Virus record (IMG/VR): IMGVR_UViG_3300037408_000472
Location: 1-46,482 of that record
Reading direction: 5' to 3' (one strand)
Length of the DNA stretch: 46,482 nucleotides
Source: a virus
Taxonomy: Duplodnaviria; Caudoviricetes
The notes under the pieces were generated by a model. That model saw nothing but the letters and a program-made list of their open reading frames with translations. It did not search any database and was not told where the DNA came from. The stretch's first letter is position 1. Every line of letters starts with the position of its first letter. The translations under genes and the position numbers were made by a program. Below are positions 1-9,037 of this stretch, in pieces.

Positions 1-2
1 AG

Positions 3-1739
3 ACGGCAACGGTGCTGCAATCAACGACAGATATTACGGCCGGGAGCCTAAGCGCCTTGCTGCAAAATGACTCAACTGGAGGCGTCAAGCTGGTCAGCGC
101 ACGCGGCAATCAGGCGACGGAAAAGCTCTATTTCGGCTCCTATGAGTACTACAATACCGATGTGACGGATTACAACTCACTCGGTTTCGCTAATCTCAAT
201 TTCTCGTCGCCGGCCGCTCAGGGCATTTGGCACGTGGGACCGACCACGAGCGATAATGGCGCGTGGAGCATTGGGCCGAAACACGGTGAGTATGTGATTC
301 CGGTCCCGCACGACTGGGCGACGACAAACCTCGGCGGTCGCAGCATCCTCGTGGGCCGCTCGCGGGAGTCCGCTGGCGCTGGCGGATCGGCGGGACCCGT
401 ACTCACTGCGGTGGCGCCGATCAGTACTTCGAGCCCGCCGGCAGCGGGCACCGCCTTGGCGGCTACTCCGCTCATGAGTTTCGATACAGGCGTTGCCGTT
501 TATCTCTCAGGTACCGGCTGGCAAAAATGGCGGATGGGTGGTGATCCTGATTGGGATTACTACTCGATCATGGATCGGGTCAAAGACGGGGAGTGGATCG
601 CGTCGGGCGACAAGCGGGCGCTGGTTCTGGTCAAGCGACACGGCACCTTCGACAATGATCCGAGTCCGTGCGTCAATTCCAGCGGCAATTCCGGGTATAA
701 CGGCGGGTTCTGCATTGATGCGCAGGGCCGCACCCCTCCCTGGTGCTATGGCGAGGCTTATACCACCTGTTCGCAGGCCGGTCCCGCCAGCTCCAGTTAC
801 GGATTCCACGCCGGACCCTATAAAGGGCGGCTGGTATTCATCGATCCCGATGATTTAGCGGATGTCTACGCTGGGACGATCGGGTATGACGAGGTTGATG
901 GTTACGCAGTTTACGACCTGATGGACGATTGGGGTACGCCGTCCGGGACTGTAGAGGACCGCACAGGCGGCAACGACCCGTGTGGGATTGCCTACGACTC
1001 GACCAATCGGCGGCTCTATGTGTGCCAGTCCAACGGCAACGACCCCAACGGGCATCCCAACCCGGCCTGGCCGGTGATCCACGTCTACGAGGTGGCGGCG
1101 GGCACAGGCGACACCACCGCGCCCACCGTGACTACCCGCACCATTGGCACGACCGGGCAGACGCTCACCCTCGCCATGAGCGAGGCCGTGACCGCGACCG
1201 GCACCGCGCCGACGCTCACCAGTTGCTCGGGCGGCGCGACCACGCTGACCTACAGCTCGGGCTCTGGCTCGGCCTCCTTGGCCTACACGATCTCGCGCCA
1301 GGTGCTCGCCGCCGAGACGGGGTGTGTCAACTCCTACACCCAGCCGGGCAACGGGATCGAGGACACGACGGGGAACGATCTCGCGAGCTACAGCAACCAG
1401 GGCGTGACCAACAGCAGCACAGCGACCCTGGTCGCGCTGTCAGGTCTGACTCCGGCCGCGGGGGCGCGGTTGGCAGCGACGACCAGTACCGCGACCCTAG
1501 AGCTGGACACGGATAAGGCGGCAAGCTGCGCCTGGGGCTATCGTCCTGGCATTGCTTGGGGCTCGCTGACCGCCTACAGCACCACAGGATCGACCGCGCA
1601 CAGTCATAGCCTGAGTGTCGTCACGGGCGGGGTGTACCAAATCTGCGCCCGCTGCCTGGATACCGCCGCACAGCAGTACAGCGCCGACGCCTGCGTGAGT
1701 TGGTCGGTCGCGCCCGACCCCCAGGAGGCGCCCTGGTGA
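3..1739 (+). CDS. Adhesin-like virion-associated protein, variant A (5'-truncated): beta-rich N-terminus plus Ig-like C-terminal domains
   Basis: Frame is open from the window start; the C-terminal ~200 aa (DTTAPTVTTRTIGTTGQTLTL...YQICARCLDTAA) closely matches the C-terminus of 41283-42974. Confidence 0.6.
   Translation, partial: TATVLQSTTDITAGSLSALLQNDSTGGVKLVSARGNQATEKLYFGSYEYYNTDVTDYNSLGFANLNFSSPAAQGIWHVGPTTSDNGAWSIGPKHGEYVIPVPHDWATTNLGGRSILVGRSRESAGAGGSAGPVLTAVAPISTSSPPAAGTALAATPLMSFDTGVAVYLSGTGWQKWRMGGDPDWDYYSIMDRVKDGEWIASGDKRALVLVKRHGTFDNDPSPCVNSSGNSGYNGGFCIDAQGRTPPWCYGEAYTTCSQAGPASSSYGFHAGPYKGRLVFIDPDDLADVYAGTIGYDEVDGYAVYDLMDDWGTPSGTVEDRTGGNDPCGIAYDSTNRRLYVCQSNGNDPNGHPNPAWPVIHVYEVAAGTGDTTAPTVTTRTIGTTGQTLTLAMSEAVTATGTAPTLTSCSGGATTLTYSSGSGSASLAYTISRQVLAAETGCVNSYTQPGNGIEDTTGNDLASYSNQGVTNSSTATLVALSGLTPAAGARLAATTSTATLELDTDKAASCAWGYRPGIAWGSLTAYSTTGSTAHSHSLSVVTGGVYQICARCLDTAAQQYSADACVSWSVAPDPQEAPW
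1107..1703 (+). repeat. Diverged homologue of ~42348-42944 (shared C-terminal domains)
   Basis: Long near-identical DNA stretches such as aactcctacacccagccgggc and caaatctgcgc..cgctgcctggataccgccgc. Confidence 0.9.
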
Positions 1740-2350
1740 TCTACGCCGGCGCGATCTACGGCGGGGCGGTCTACGCGCCGACCCGCAGCCAGATCCCGAG
1801 CCTCACGGCGCAGACCGGCGCGGCGAGCGTCACCGGCGCCAGCGTCACGCTCACCCGCGCGCTGCTACTGACCGCCACTGGCAGCTCGTTCGTGCTGAGC
1901 GCCTCCCCGGCGGATCTCTCTCGGCTGTATGCCACGCTGACCGCCGAGTCTGGGAGCTACAGCGTCAGCGGTGCCCAGGCGCAGTTGAGTTACACCGGCG
2001 CCGATGACCTCGTGGTGAGCGCCGGGGATTTCGCCGTCGCCGGTGGCAGCGTGACGCTGACCAAATCCCTTTTGCTCACCGCCGAGGCGGCCGCGCTGAC
2101 CGTCACCGGCGGCGACGCCGAGATCGGTACCGTCTACATCCTCGAGACCGAGCGCGGCTCGGTCAACCTGGTCGGCGCCGCGGCGACGCTGAGCGCGTCG
2201 CGCCTGCTGTCCGCCCTGGCCGGGAGCGTGGCCATCACCGGCGCCAGCGGCACGCTGACGCTCTACACCGGCCCGGAGTCCGTATTCCCCGGCCTGATCT
2301 TCCGCAACGCCGAGCGGCGCATCTTCCGCGCCCGCCGCACCCTGCATTGA
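1736..2350 (+). CDS. Ala/Thr/Gly-rich repeat structural protein, variant A (~7 repeats of 22-24 aa)
   Basis: GTGA overlap with the upstream stop; LTAxxGxxxxxGxxxxL repeats; basic ERR-containing tail like 43448-44974. Confidence 0.65.
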   Translation: MIYAGAIYGGAVYAPTRSQIPSLTAQTGAASVTGASVTLTRALLLTATGSSFVLSASPADLSRLYATLTAESGSYSVSGAQAQLSYTGADDLVVSAGDFAVAGGSVTLTKSLLLTAEAAALTVTGGDAEIGTVYILETERGSVNLVGAAATLSASRLLSALAGSVAITGASGTLTLYTGPESVFPGLIFRNAERRIFRARRTLH

Positions 2351-2361
2351 GGACCTGACCC

Positions 2362-2787
2362 ATGCCGACCAGCACCTATAGCAAATTCCACCAGTTCGTC
2401 GAGGACTTGGCGCACAAGGTCCACGACCTTGAGACCGATAGTCTGCGCGTCGCGCTGTGCGCCGCGGCCAACCCCCCGAGCGTCAGCGCGCACGCGGTGC
2501 TGGCCAACCTCACCACGGTCAGTCTCGCCAATCTGGCGGACCCGTCCATCACTATCGCCAGCTCCGGGCAAACGTCGGGGACGTACACGCTGACGCTGAG
2601 CGACAAAACGCTGACCGCCAGCGGCGGGAGTGTCGGACCCTTTCGGTATGTGATTGTCTACAACGACACGCCGACCAGCCCGGCCGATCCGCTGCTCGGT
2701 TATTACGATTACGGGAGCGACATCACGCTCAACGCCGGCGAGTCGCTGCTGGTCGACTTCGCCGCCTCGACCCTCACCATCACCTGA
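2362..2787 (+). CDS. Small beta-rich phage structural (fibre-like) protein
   Basis: GAGGA RBS; 141 aa with GPFRYVIVYNDT and LLGYYDYGSDITL motifs typical of phage morphogenesis modules. Confidence 0.65.
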   Translation: MPTSTYSKFHQFVEDLAHKVHDLETDSLRVALCAAANPPSVSAHAVLANLTTVSLANLADPSITIASSGQTSGTYTLTLSDKTLTASGGSVGPFRYVIVYNDTPTSPADPLLGYYDYGSDITLNAGESLLVDFAASTLTIT

Positions 2788-2798
2788 GACCGACCCCG

Positions 2799-3125
2799 AT
2801 GATTCCCGCGCATCTGGTCCCGCCGCTGCACCCCGCAAGCTCCAAGTGGTATTGGCTGGAGTGGCGCGCGAGCGAGCTTGGCGCGTCCGTCACCATCAGC
2901 ACCTCGCGCTGGGGCGCGCTGTCCAATGGCGATTTTGTGGCCACCGTGCCGACCGGGCTCCAGGCCGATGCGGTCTACGCCAGCGGGCTGGTAACAGGCG
3001 TGCGCCTGTCAGTGACCTCGGCCGTGGAGGGCAACAGTTTTGAGGTCGTCAATCAGATCGTGACCTCCGCCGGCGAGACCCTGCACGAGACCCTGCCGAT
3101 TACGATCGATGCGGAGGGCCACTGA
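2799..3125 (+). CDS. Putative fibre adaptor protein, variant A
   Basis: LHPxxxKxYxxxW N-terminus and VVNQIVTSAGETLHETLPI C-terminus; positional and weak sequence counterpart of 44979-45341. Confidence 0.55.
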   Translation: MIPAHLVPPLHPASSKWYWLEWRASELGASVTISTSRWGALSNGDFVATVPTGLQADAVYASGLVTGVRLSVTSAVEGNSFEVVNQIVTSAGETLHETLPITIDAEGH

Positions 3126-3427
3126 TGGGCACCTGGGACGCGCTCTTCACGGCTGGGATGCCCGGCGTGGTGCTCGCCAGCCTGGCGCCGATCCGCGGCA
3201 CCGCGAGCAGCGCCTACATCCAATGGTGGCGCGCGCACCAGATCGAGTCAGAGGGCGGCTATCAGGTCAGCACCGTCGGCTGCCGCGCCACAGGCACCGA
3301 GACGGCCATCGGCCATCTGCGCCGCGGCGATCGGGTGACGGTGGCCGGGACCGAGTATCAGGCCGTCACCGATGCCGAGAGCGACGGGCACGGGGTGTGC
3401 ACTCTCTACTTGGAGCCGATCGCATGA
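3125..3427 (+). CDS. Head-tail joining (head closure) protein, variant A
   Basis: 100 aa; RRGDRVTVAGTEYQ...DGHGVCTLYL pattern; upstream of terminator and tail tube; near-identical to 45341-45643. Confidence 0.75.
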   Translation: MGTWDALFTAGMPGVVLASLAPIRGTASSAYIQWWRAHQIESEGGYQVSTVGCRATGTETAIGHLRRGDRVTVAGTEYQAVTDAESDGHGVCTLYLEPIA

Positions 3428-3843
3428 ACCTGCTGCCGATCCTCGACCGCCTGCGAAGCGAGCTGCCGGCGACCTATGTCGTCGAGTCGCCGACCGTGGT
3501 CCTGACCGCCCAGCGCGACACCCTGCCAGCGGTGCAGGTGCTGCCCGGCGATGAGGCAGTCAGCGCTACCGAGGGAGTCGGTACCGAGCTCCTGTGCCTG
3601 CTCGACTGCCAGGTCGAGGTCCTGATCGCCGCCGCGGCGGCGGTACCCGCCACCGACAGCGATCCACTGGCCGAGGCGGTCGCCGAGGTGCGCGCCGCGC
3701 TGCTCGGCTACCAGCACACCGACTGGTCCCTGCCGCTGACCCTGGTCCGCGGTGAGCTGGTGGCGCCCGACAGCGCGCGGCTCTTGTGGCGCGATGTCTA
3801 TCTCACGCAACGGTCGCTCACCGCGACCATCGTTACTACCTGA
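3424..3843 (+). CDS. Tail terminator/completion protein, variant A
   Basis: ATGA overlap; LPAVQVLPG and VRAALLGYQ motifs; directly upstream of tail tube. Confidence 0.7.
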   Translation: MNLLPILDRLRSELPATYVVESPTVVLTAQRDTLPAVQVLPGDEAVSATEGVGTELLCLLDCQVEVLIAAAAAVPATDSDPLAEAVAEVRAALLGYQHTDWSLPLTLVRGELVAPDSARLLWRDVYLTQRSLTATIVTT

Positions 3844-3863
3844 CCCCATAGGAGGGTTTTGCC

Positions 3864-4529
3864 ATGCCCGCTCCGTATTTTTGGTCAAATGTCACCATCG
3901 AGCTTGAGTCGGCGCTCGGCGCCGCCAAGGCGATTACGTCTATCACCAAGGCCAACCCGGGGGTGGCCAGCTTCGCCGCCGACCCGGCGCTGGCTGACGG
4001 CGACTATTTCTACGTCCAGGCCGATGGCATGGGCCAGGTCGACGGGCGCGTTTTCCGCAGCAACGGTCCGGCGGGCTCGGGACCCTACACCGTGCAACTG
4101 GAGGGGGAGAACACTACGCTCTACTCGACCTTCACCAGCGGCAACGCCTACGAGATCACCTTCGGCACGACGGTCAACAAGACGACCGATATCCAGGTCT
4201 CGGGCGGTGAGCCCAACTACGAGGAGTGGGCCTACATCCAGGACAGTCAGCAGCGGCGCCAGCCGGTCTCGACCTCGCCGCTCAGCCTATCGATGGAGTG
4301 CGTATGGGACCCGGAGGACACCGCGCTCGCGCAAGTGCTGGCCGACACCAAAGCCTACACTTCCCGCGCGATCAAGGTCTCATTCGCCGGCGGGCTGCCG
4401 ATCATGGTGTTCCGCGGCTCGGTCTCGGGGATGCTGCTGCCCACCGGCCAGGCGCGCGGCCTGGTGCGCACCCGTTTGGTGATCGACGGCCAGGGCGCGC
4501 CGACCTACTACACCGCGGCGGCAAGCTAA
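3864..4529 (+). CDS. Major tail (tube) protein
   Basis: AGGAGG RBS; 221 aa; AITSITKANPGVAS motif; precedes chaperone and tape measure. Confidence 0.85.
   Translation: MPAPYFWSNVTIELESALGAAKAITSITKANPGVASFAADPALADGDYFYVQADGMGQVDGRVFRSNGPAGSGPYTVQLEGENTTLYSTFTSGNAYEITFGTTVNKTTDIQVSGGEPNYEEWAYIQDSQQRRQPVSTSPLSLSMECVWDPEDTALAQVLADTKAYTSRAIKVSFAGGLPIMVFRGSVSGMLLPTGQARGLVRTRLVIDGQGAPTYYTAAAS
4143..4269 (+). repeat. Exact 127-bp repeat of the window end (46356-46482)
   Basis: Base-by-base identity from aacgcctacgag to cagccggtct; the preceding base differs (c vs t). Confidence 0.95.
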
Positions 4530-4544
4530 CGGAGTCCGACCCGA

Positions 4545-4904
4545 ATGTTCAAGTTCGCACGACAGCGCGAGGTGCTGTGGCCGGTCACGGTCAACGTGCC
4601 GGCCGACGGCGGGCCGCAGACGGTGGAGATCCGCATCCGTTACCGCCTGCTCACGCGCGGGGAACTGCGCGCCCTGGCCGGGGAGATCCGCGAGGCCGAG
4701 GGCGACGCCGAGGCGCTGCTGGGCAAGCTCGACGCGCGGCTCGCGGAGCGCATCACCGGCTGGGAGGGCATCGGCGACGAGGACGGCGCGCCGCTGGCGT
4801 TCACGGTGGACAACCTCGCCGCTCTGCTGGATCAGCCCTATCTGCGCGACGCGATCGAGCGCGGGCTGTATGCGGCCTCCAGAGGGGCGCTGGAAAAAAA
4901 CTAA
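4545..4904 (+). CDS. Tail assembly chaperone (gpG-like)
   Basis: Between tail tube and tape measure; WPVTVNVPADGG and ITGWEGIGDEDG motifs; ends GAA AAA AAC TAA. Confidence 0.85.
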   Translation: MFKFARQREVLWPVTVNVPADGGPQTVEIRIRYRLLTRGELRALAGEIREAEGDAEALLGKLDARLAERITGWEGIGDEDGAPLAFTVDNLAALLDQPYLRDAIERGLYAASRGALEKN

Positions 4905-5260
4905 CCGCCTGGGTCCGCTGGTCGAACGGGACCGACGGACCCGGGCCGGACCACTGCCGGGCGTGCCGCAGCGCCCGGCCGGAGGGCGGAAAATGCGCCG
5001 ACTGTCCCGAGCCGGATCTACTGCCCGAGGCCGAGCCCATCATCGACTGGTGGCTGGCAGCGCAAACGCAGTGGCGGGTCGGGATGCACGGGCCGACGGG
5101 GCTCGACTATGCCGGCCTCGCCGGGCTGCTGGCCCTGCGCGGCGAGGCGGCGGACCCGGAGCGCTTCGCCGGGGTGCAAATCTGCGAGCGTGCGACACTT
5201 ATCGCGCTGCACGACCGGCGCGAGCGTGAGCAACTGGGGCAACTGATGGGAGCGCATTGA
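4892..5260 (+). CDS. Frameshift extension of the tail chaperone (gpT-like, DUF1799-like)
   Basis: -1 frame after the A AAA AAC slippery site reads KLTAWVRW...QTQWRVGMHGPTGLDYAG up to the tape measure start. Confidence 0.8.
   Translation, partial: GKKLTAWVRWSNGTDGPGPDHCRACRSARPEGGKCADCPEPDLLPEAEPIIDWWLAAQTQWRVGMHGPTGLDYAGLAGLLALRGEAADPERFAGVQICERATLIALHDRREREQLGQLMGAH
4895..4901 (+). other. Programmed -1 ribosomal frameshift site A AAA AAC
   Basis: X XXY YYZ heptamer immediately before the stop; -1 frame open for ~120 codons. Confidence 0.8.
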
Positions 5261-8190
5261 TGGCCGATACCGTTGCCAAGATCCTGCTGCGGGCCGAGGG
5301 CGGGGCCCAGGTCGGCGCCGTACTCGGTGGCGTCTCGACTGGGCTCAAGCGACTTGAGACCATCGGGGCGCAAGTCAACCGCGCGCTGGGCGGGATGTTT
5401 GCCCCGCTGCTGGCGGGCGCGTCGATCACCGGGATCGTCAAGGGCTTCTCCGGGATCGTCAACGCGCTCGACGACATGGCCAAGGCGAGTCAGCGCGTGG
5501 GCGTCACGGTCGAGACGCTGTCGGCCCTGAAATACGCGGCCGATCTCTCCGGCGTGAGCTTCGAGCAGCTCCAGACCGGGCTCGCGCAGTTCAGCAAACG
5601 GCTGGTCGACGTTGGCGACGGCGCCTCGGCGGCGGCAAACCTGCTGCGCCAATTTGGCGTCACGGCGGGTGACGACACCCGCACCGCGCTGGGCAAAGTG
5701 GCCGAGGCGTTCTCCCGCGCCGAGGACAACGCGTCCAAGACCGCCGCGGCCTACGAGCTCTTCGGCCGCTCGGGCACCGAGCTGATCCCGCTGCTCAACG
5801 CCGGGGCCGATGGGCTCGATCAGCTCACCCAAGAGGCCGAGCGCCTCGGCCTGGTCATGGAGACCGAAACCGCGAAAGCCGCCGAGGAGTTCAACGACAA
5901 CCTGACCCGGCTGAAAGGCGCCGCGACCGGGCTAGCTATGGACCTCTCTGGCCCCCTGGTAGGCGCGCTCGCCGATCTCACCAATGCCATGGTGATCGCC
6001 GCGGCCGAGGGCTCGGCCCTGTATGGCGTGCTGCGTGCGCTGTCAGTCGAGCAAGCCGGTCTGCTGAGCAACCGCGCTCTGTCGAACCTGTCTTATGACA
6101 TCGCCCAAGTCCAGGGCGAGATTCAAAAGCTCGAAGAGGGCGGCGGCCTGTTCGGATGGGTGACCAGTTCCGGCGAGCGCCAGGCGGCGCTGGATCAAGC
6201 CCGGCAAACGCTGGCCGATCTGCGCGAGCAGCAACAAGGGCTGATCAAGTCCGAGGTCGCGCTGCGCGCCGAGCGCGGCCAATCCGCCGAGACCGGCCAG
6301 CTGGTCATCAAGATCGAGGGCGACATCGCCAAGGGCCGCGGCGGCGGGGCACGCGCGGCGAGGGCGTCGGCGAGTGCGGAGGAAAAGCTCCGCAGCGAGG
6401 TTGAGCGCACGATCACCCGCCTCGAAGAGCAGGCGCAAAAGCTCACGCTGGGCGAGCGCGCCTTCCTGGCCCACGAGCTGGCGACCAAAGGGGCCACGCA
6501 GGCGCAAATCGATTACGCGCTCGGGCTGTACGACCAGGTCGAGGCGCTGGAGGCGGCGCAGAAGGGGGCTCAAGACACCGGCCGCGAGGTGGACATCCTC
6601 GCCACCGTGACCGAGCGCGCGGCCGAGGGCATGACGGACGCGCTCAGCGACGCCTTCAGCAACATCTTCAAGGACGGGGTGCAGAGCTTCAAGAAGCTGA
6701 CGGAAACGCTCAAGAACTTGTTTTTCGACCTCCTCGGCGATCTGCTCGCGGCGAGCCTGGCCAACCCAATCCGCATTGTGCTGGGGATCGGCGGGACCGC
6801 GGCGGCCGGTGCCGCGAGCGCCGCGACCGGGGCCGGTGGGGCGGGTGGCGCACTGTCGTTCCTCAGCCCGACATCCCTGATTGCGCCGCTGTTCAACGGC
6901 ATGCCGGCCGGAATCCTGGGCACCATCGGCAACATGCTGAGCTTCGGCACCGCCGGGCTCACCAGCGGCACGATGGCTGGGTTCATGGCCGGGGCGACCA
7001 TGCTCGCGCCGCTGGCGCTGCCGCTGATCGGCGCCCTGGCGTTACCCAAGCTCCTGGGCGACAAGACCGACCCGCGTCTGCAAGTCATCGCCACGCCCGG
7101 CACCCGCGGCTTCGAGGATGACGTTTACGCGCGCAGCGACGTGTTGGGCATTTCCTTCGGCGCCGGCGGCAAGAGCCACGGCGTAGAGGCGTCCGAGTAT
7201 CGCGAGGTGTTCGAGGGCATGGCCGCGCTGGCGGATGCGATCGGGACCTTCCTCGGTCCCGACGTGGCGGCGCAGATCGCTGCGTCGGTCGGTCGCGTCA
7301 CCGACGAGATGAAGGGCGTGGGCCTGGCGCTCGACGGCTGGGATGTCGGACGCGCCTTCGAGCACATCTTCACCAGCATCCTGGACTTCGGCGCCGAGAC
7401 CGGTGACGAGATGGCGCGCATTCTGCGCGGCCTGGTGGGCGAGGTCGGCACGGATATGGAGGATGCCGCGCGGCGCATCGCCAGCGCGATCCAGTACATC
7501 ACCGGCATCAAGGGGTTTCTGGATGCGCCGCTGGAGCCGACGCAGATCCTCACGCTCAACGAGGCGCTGGGGGTCAGCGGAGACCGGGTGCGCGAGCTGG
7601 TGGCCGGCTTCGACGGCAGCGTCGAGGCGCAACAGGCAATCCTCGCCGCGGTGCAAGAGCGCTACGAGCTTGAGATCGCCTACCTCAACCAGATCCGCGC
7701 GCTCAGCGAGGAGATCGCCGCCAGCTTCCAGCAAACGTATGACGACATCCGCACGGCGTTTTTCTCGCCACAACAGCAGTACGATGAGTCCACCGCCCGC
7801 GCCAACGAGGCCGCGGCACAAATCCCGTTCGCCACCTCACCGGAAGAGCTCGCGCGCTTGTGGGGGATTGTGCAGGAGGAGACCGCCCGCGGATGGGCGA
7901 TCTTGCTGCAAACCAATGACGAGCTTGCACGCGAAAATCAGTCGTTTTTCCTGACCTTCCTGGCCGATACCGAGGCCGCCTCGCAGAGGCGCCTGGACGA
8001 GCTCGAAGCGGACATGCGCGAGGACAGCGCTGAGATCCGCACCCTGCTGGCCGACCAGCTCGCGGAGCTGGCACGCGTTGGCGACGCACTGGTCCAGGCC
8101 ACCAACAACATGGCCGCCGCCGCCGCGAGCATCCCCGACCGGATCGTGGTCGAGAGCCGGGTCAACGTGAGCATCCCGGAGCTCGGCTGA
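5260..8190 (+). CDS. Tail tape measure protein
   Basis: ~976 aa, Ala-rich and helical; LDDMAKASQRVG and ELFGRSGTELIPLLNAG motifs; canonical position. Confidence 0.92.
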   Translation: MADTVAKILLRAEGGAQVGAVLGGVSTGLKRLETIGAQVNRALGGMFAPLLAGASITGIVKGFSGIVNALDDMAKASQRVGVTVETLSALKYAADLSGVSFEQLQTGLAQFSKRLVDVGDGASAAANLLRQFGVTAGDDTRTALGKVAEAFSRAEDNASKTAAAYELFGRSGTELIPLLNAGADGLDQLTQEAERLGLVMETETAKAAEEFNDNLTRLKGAATGLAMDLSGPLVGALADLTNAMVIAAAEGSALYGVLRALSVEQAGLLSNRALSNLSYDIAQVQGEIQKLEEGGGLFGWVTSSGERQAALDQARQTLADLREQQQGLIKSEVALRAERGQSAETGQLVIKIEGDIAKGRGGGARAARASASAEEKLRSEVERTITRLEEQAQKLTLGERAFLAHELATKGATQAQIDYALGLYDQVEALEAAQKGAQDTGREVDILATVTERAAEGMTDALSDAFSNIFKDGVQSFKKLTETLKNLFFDLLGDLLAASLANPIRIVLGIGGTAAAGAASAATGAGGAGGALSFLSPTSLIAPLFNGMPAGILGTIGNMLSFGTAGLTSGTMAGFMAGATMLAPLALPLIGALALPKLLGDKTDPRLQVIATPGTRGFEDDVYARSDVLGISFGAGGKSHGVEASEYREVFEGMAALADAIGTFLGPDVAAQIAASVGRVTDEMKGVGLALDGWDVGRAFEHIFTSILDFGAETGDEMARILRGLVGEVGTDMEDAARRIASAIQYITGIKGFLDAPLEPTQILTLNEALGVSGDRVRELVAGFDGSVEAQQAILAAVQERYELEIAYLNQIRALSEEIAASFQQTYDDIRTAFFSPQQQYDESTARANEAAAQIPFATSPEELARLWGIVQEETARGWAILLQTNDELARENQSFFLTFLADTEAASQRRLDELEADMREDSAEIRTLLADQLAELARVGDALVQATNNMAAAAASIPDRIVVESRVNVSIPELG

Positions 8191-8191
8191 C

Positions 8192-8698
8192 ATGGCACGC
8201 ACGCTCGACGCCGCGCTGGAGGCCGCGATCGCCGAGGCCGGCACCGCCCCCGGCTGGCTGATCCTGATCGACGCCGCGATTCCGCTGCGCTACTCGACGC
8301 GCGGGACGCTGAGCTACGACGGTCGCACCTGGACCGGCGGGGCGACGCTCTCCGGCGTGGGCGAGTCTGGGCTGCTGTCGGAGGTGCGCCTCGGACTGCC
8401 CAACACCGACAACGCCGCCTCGGCGCTGGCGCTGACCGACCTGCTGCGCGACGTGGAAGTCACCGTCTCGGCCTACTACGACGTGGCCGGCACGGGGTAC
8501 GCCGAGACCCTCGGCACCCTGGTCATCGACGCGGTAGAGGCTATCGAGCCGCTGCGGGTGACCTTCGTGCTGGCCACCCCGGCGCAGGCGGCCAGTCACG
8601 TGCCCGATGTCGTGCTCGGCCCGCCGCTCTGCACGCACATCCCGCCGCCCGGCACTACGATCGCCTGGGCCGGCGCCACGATCACGATCGAGGAGTAG
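8192..8698 (+). CDS. Minor tail protein
   Basis: Directly after tape measure; LRYST..LSYDGRTW motif. Confidence 0.65.
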   Translation: MARTLDAALEAAIAEAGTAPGWLILIDAAIPLRYSTRGTLSYDGRTWTGGATLSGVGESGLLSEVRLGLPNTDNAASALALTDLLRDVEVTVSAYYDVAGTGYAETLGTLVIDAVEAIEPLRVTFVLATPAQAASHVPDVVLGPPLCTHIPPPGTTIAWAGATITIEE

Positions 8699-8701
8699 CG
8701 C

Positions 8702-9037
8702 ATGGCGGCCTTCCCCACGTTCAAGCACACCACGGGCTCGACGCACGCGGTGGAGGGCGGCCAGGCGGTGGATTACGCCGAGGACGGCGCGGTGCGGGTG
8801 CGCAGCCTCTACACCGCCGCCCGGCACCGCTTTGAATTGGAACTGATCTGCACCACCGCCGAGCGCACGGCGCTGCTCGCGCACTACGCCAGCGAGGGCG
8901 TTGCGGCGTTCAGCTACACCAGCCCGGAGGACTCGGTCGCCTACTCGGTGCGCTATGTGGCGTACCCGCTGTCCGCCGCGATCCGCGCGACCGGCCTGTG
9001 GCGGATGCGGGTCGCGCTGGAGGGGGCCGCGGCGTGA
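8702..9037 (+). CDS. Minor tail (distal tail-like) protein
   Basis: GAGGAG RBS; 111 aa; AFSYTSPED and WRMRVALE motifs; position. Confidence 0.65.
   Translation: MAAFPTFKHTTGSTHAVEGGQAVDYAEDGAVRVRSLYTAARHRFELELICTTAERTALLAHYASEGVAAFSYTSPEDSVAYSVRYVAYPLSAAIRATGLWRMRVALEGAAA

Noticed and set aside
1-3125. Invertase or shufflon-driven switching between the two appendage alleles
   Set aside because: Both alleles are in the same orientation; no inverted crossover sites and no second recombinase seen
3125-4269. True direct terminal repeat of the virion DNA
   Set aside because: The copies differ at many positions and upstream genes are non-homologous; the gpA terminase and cos-like site imply cohesive ends near 28.8 kb
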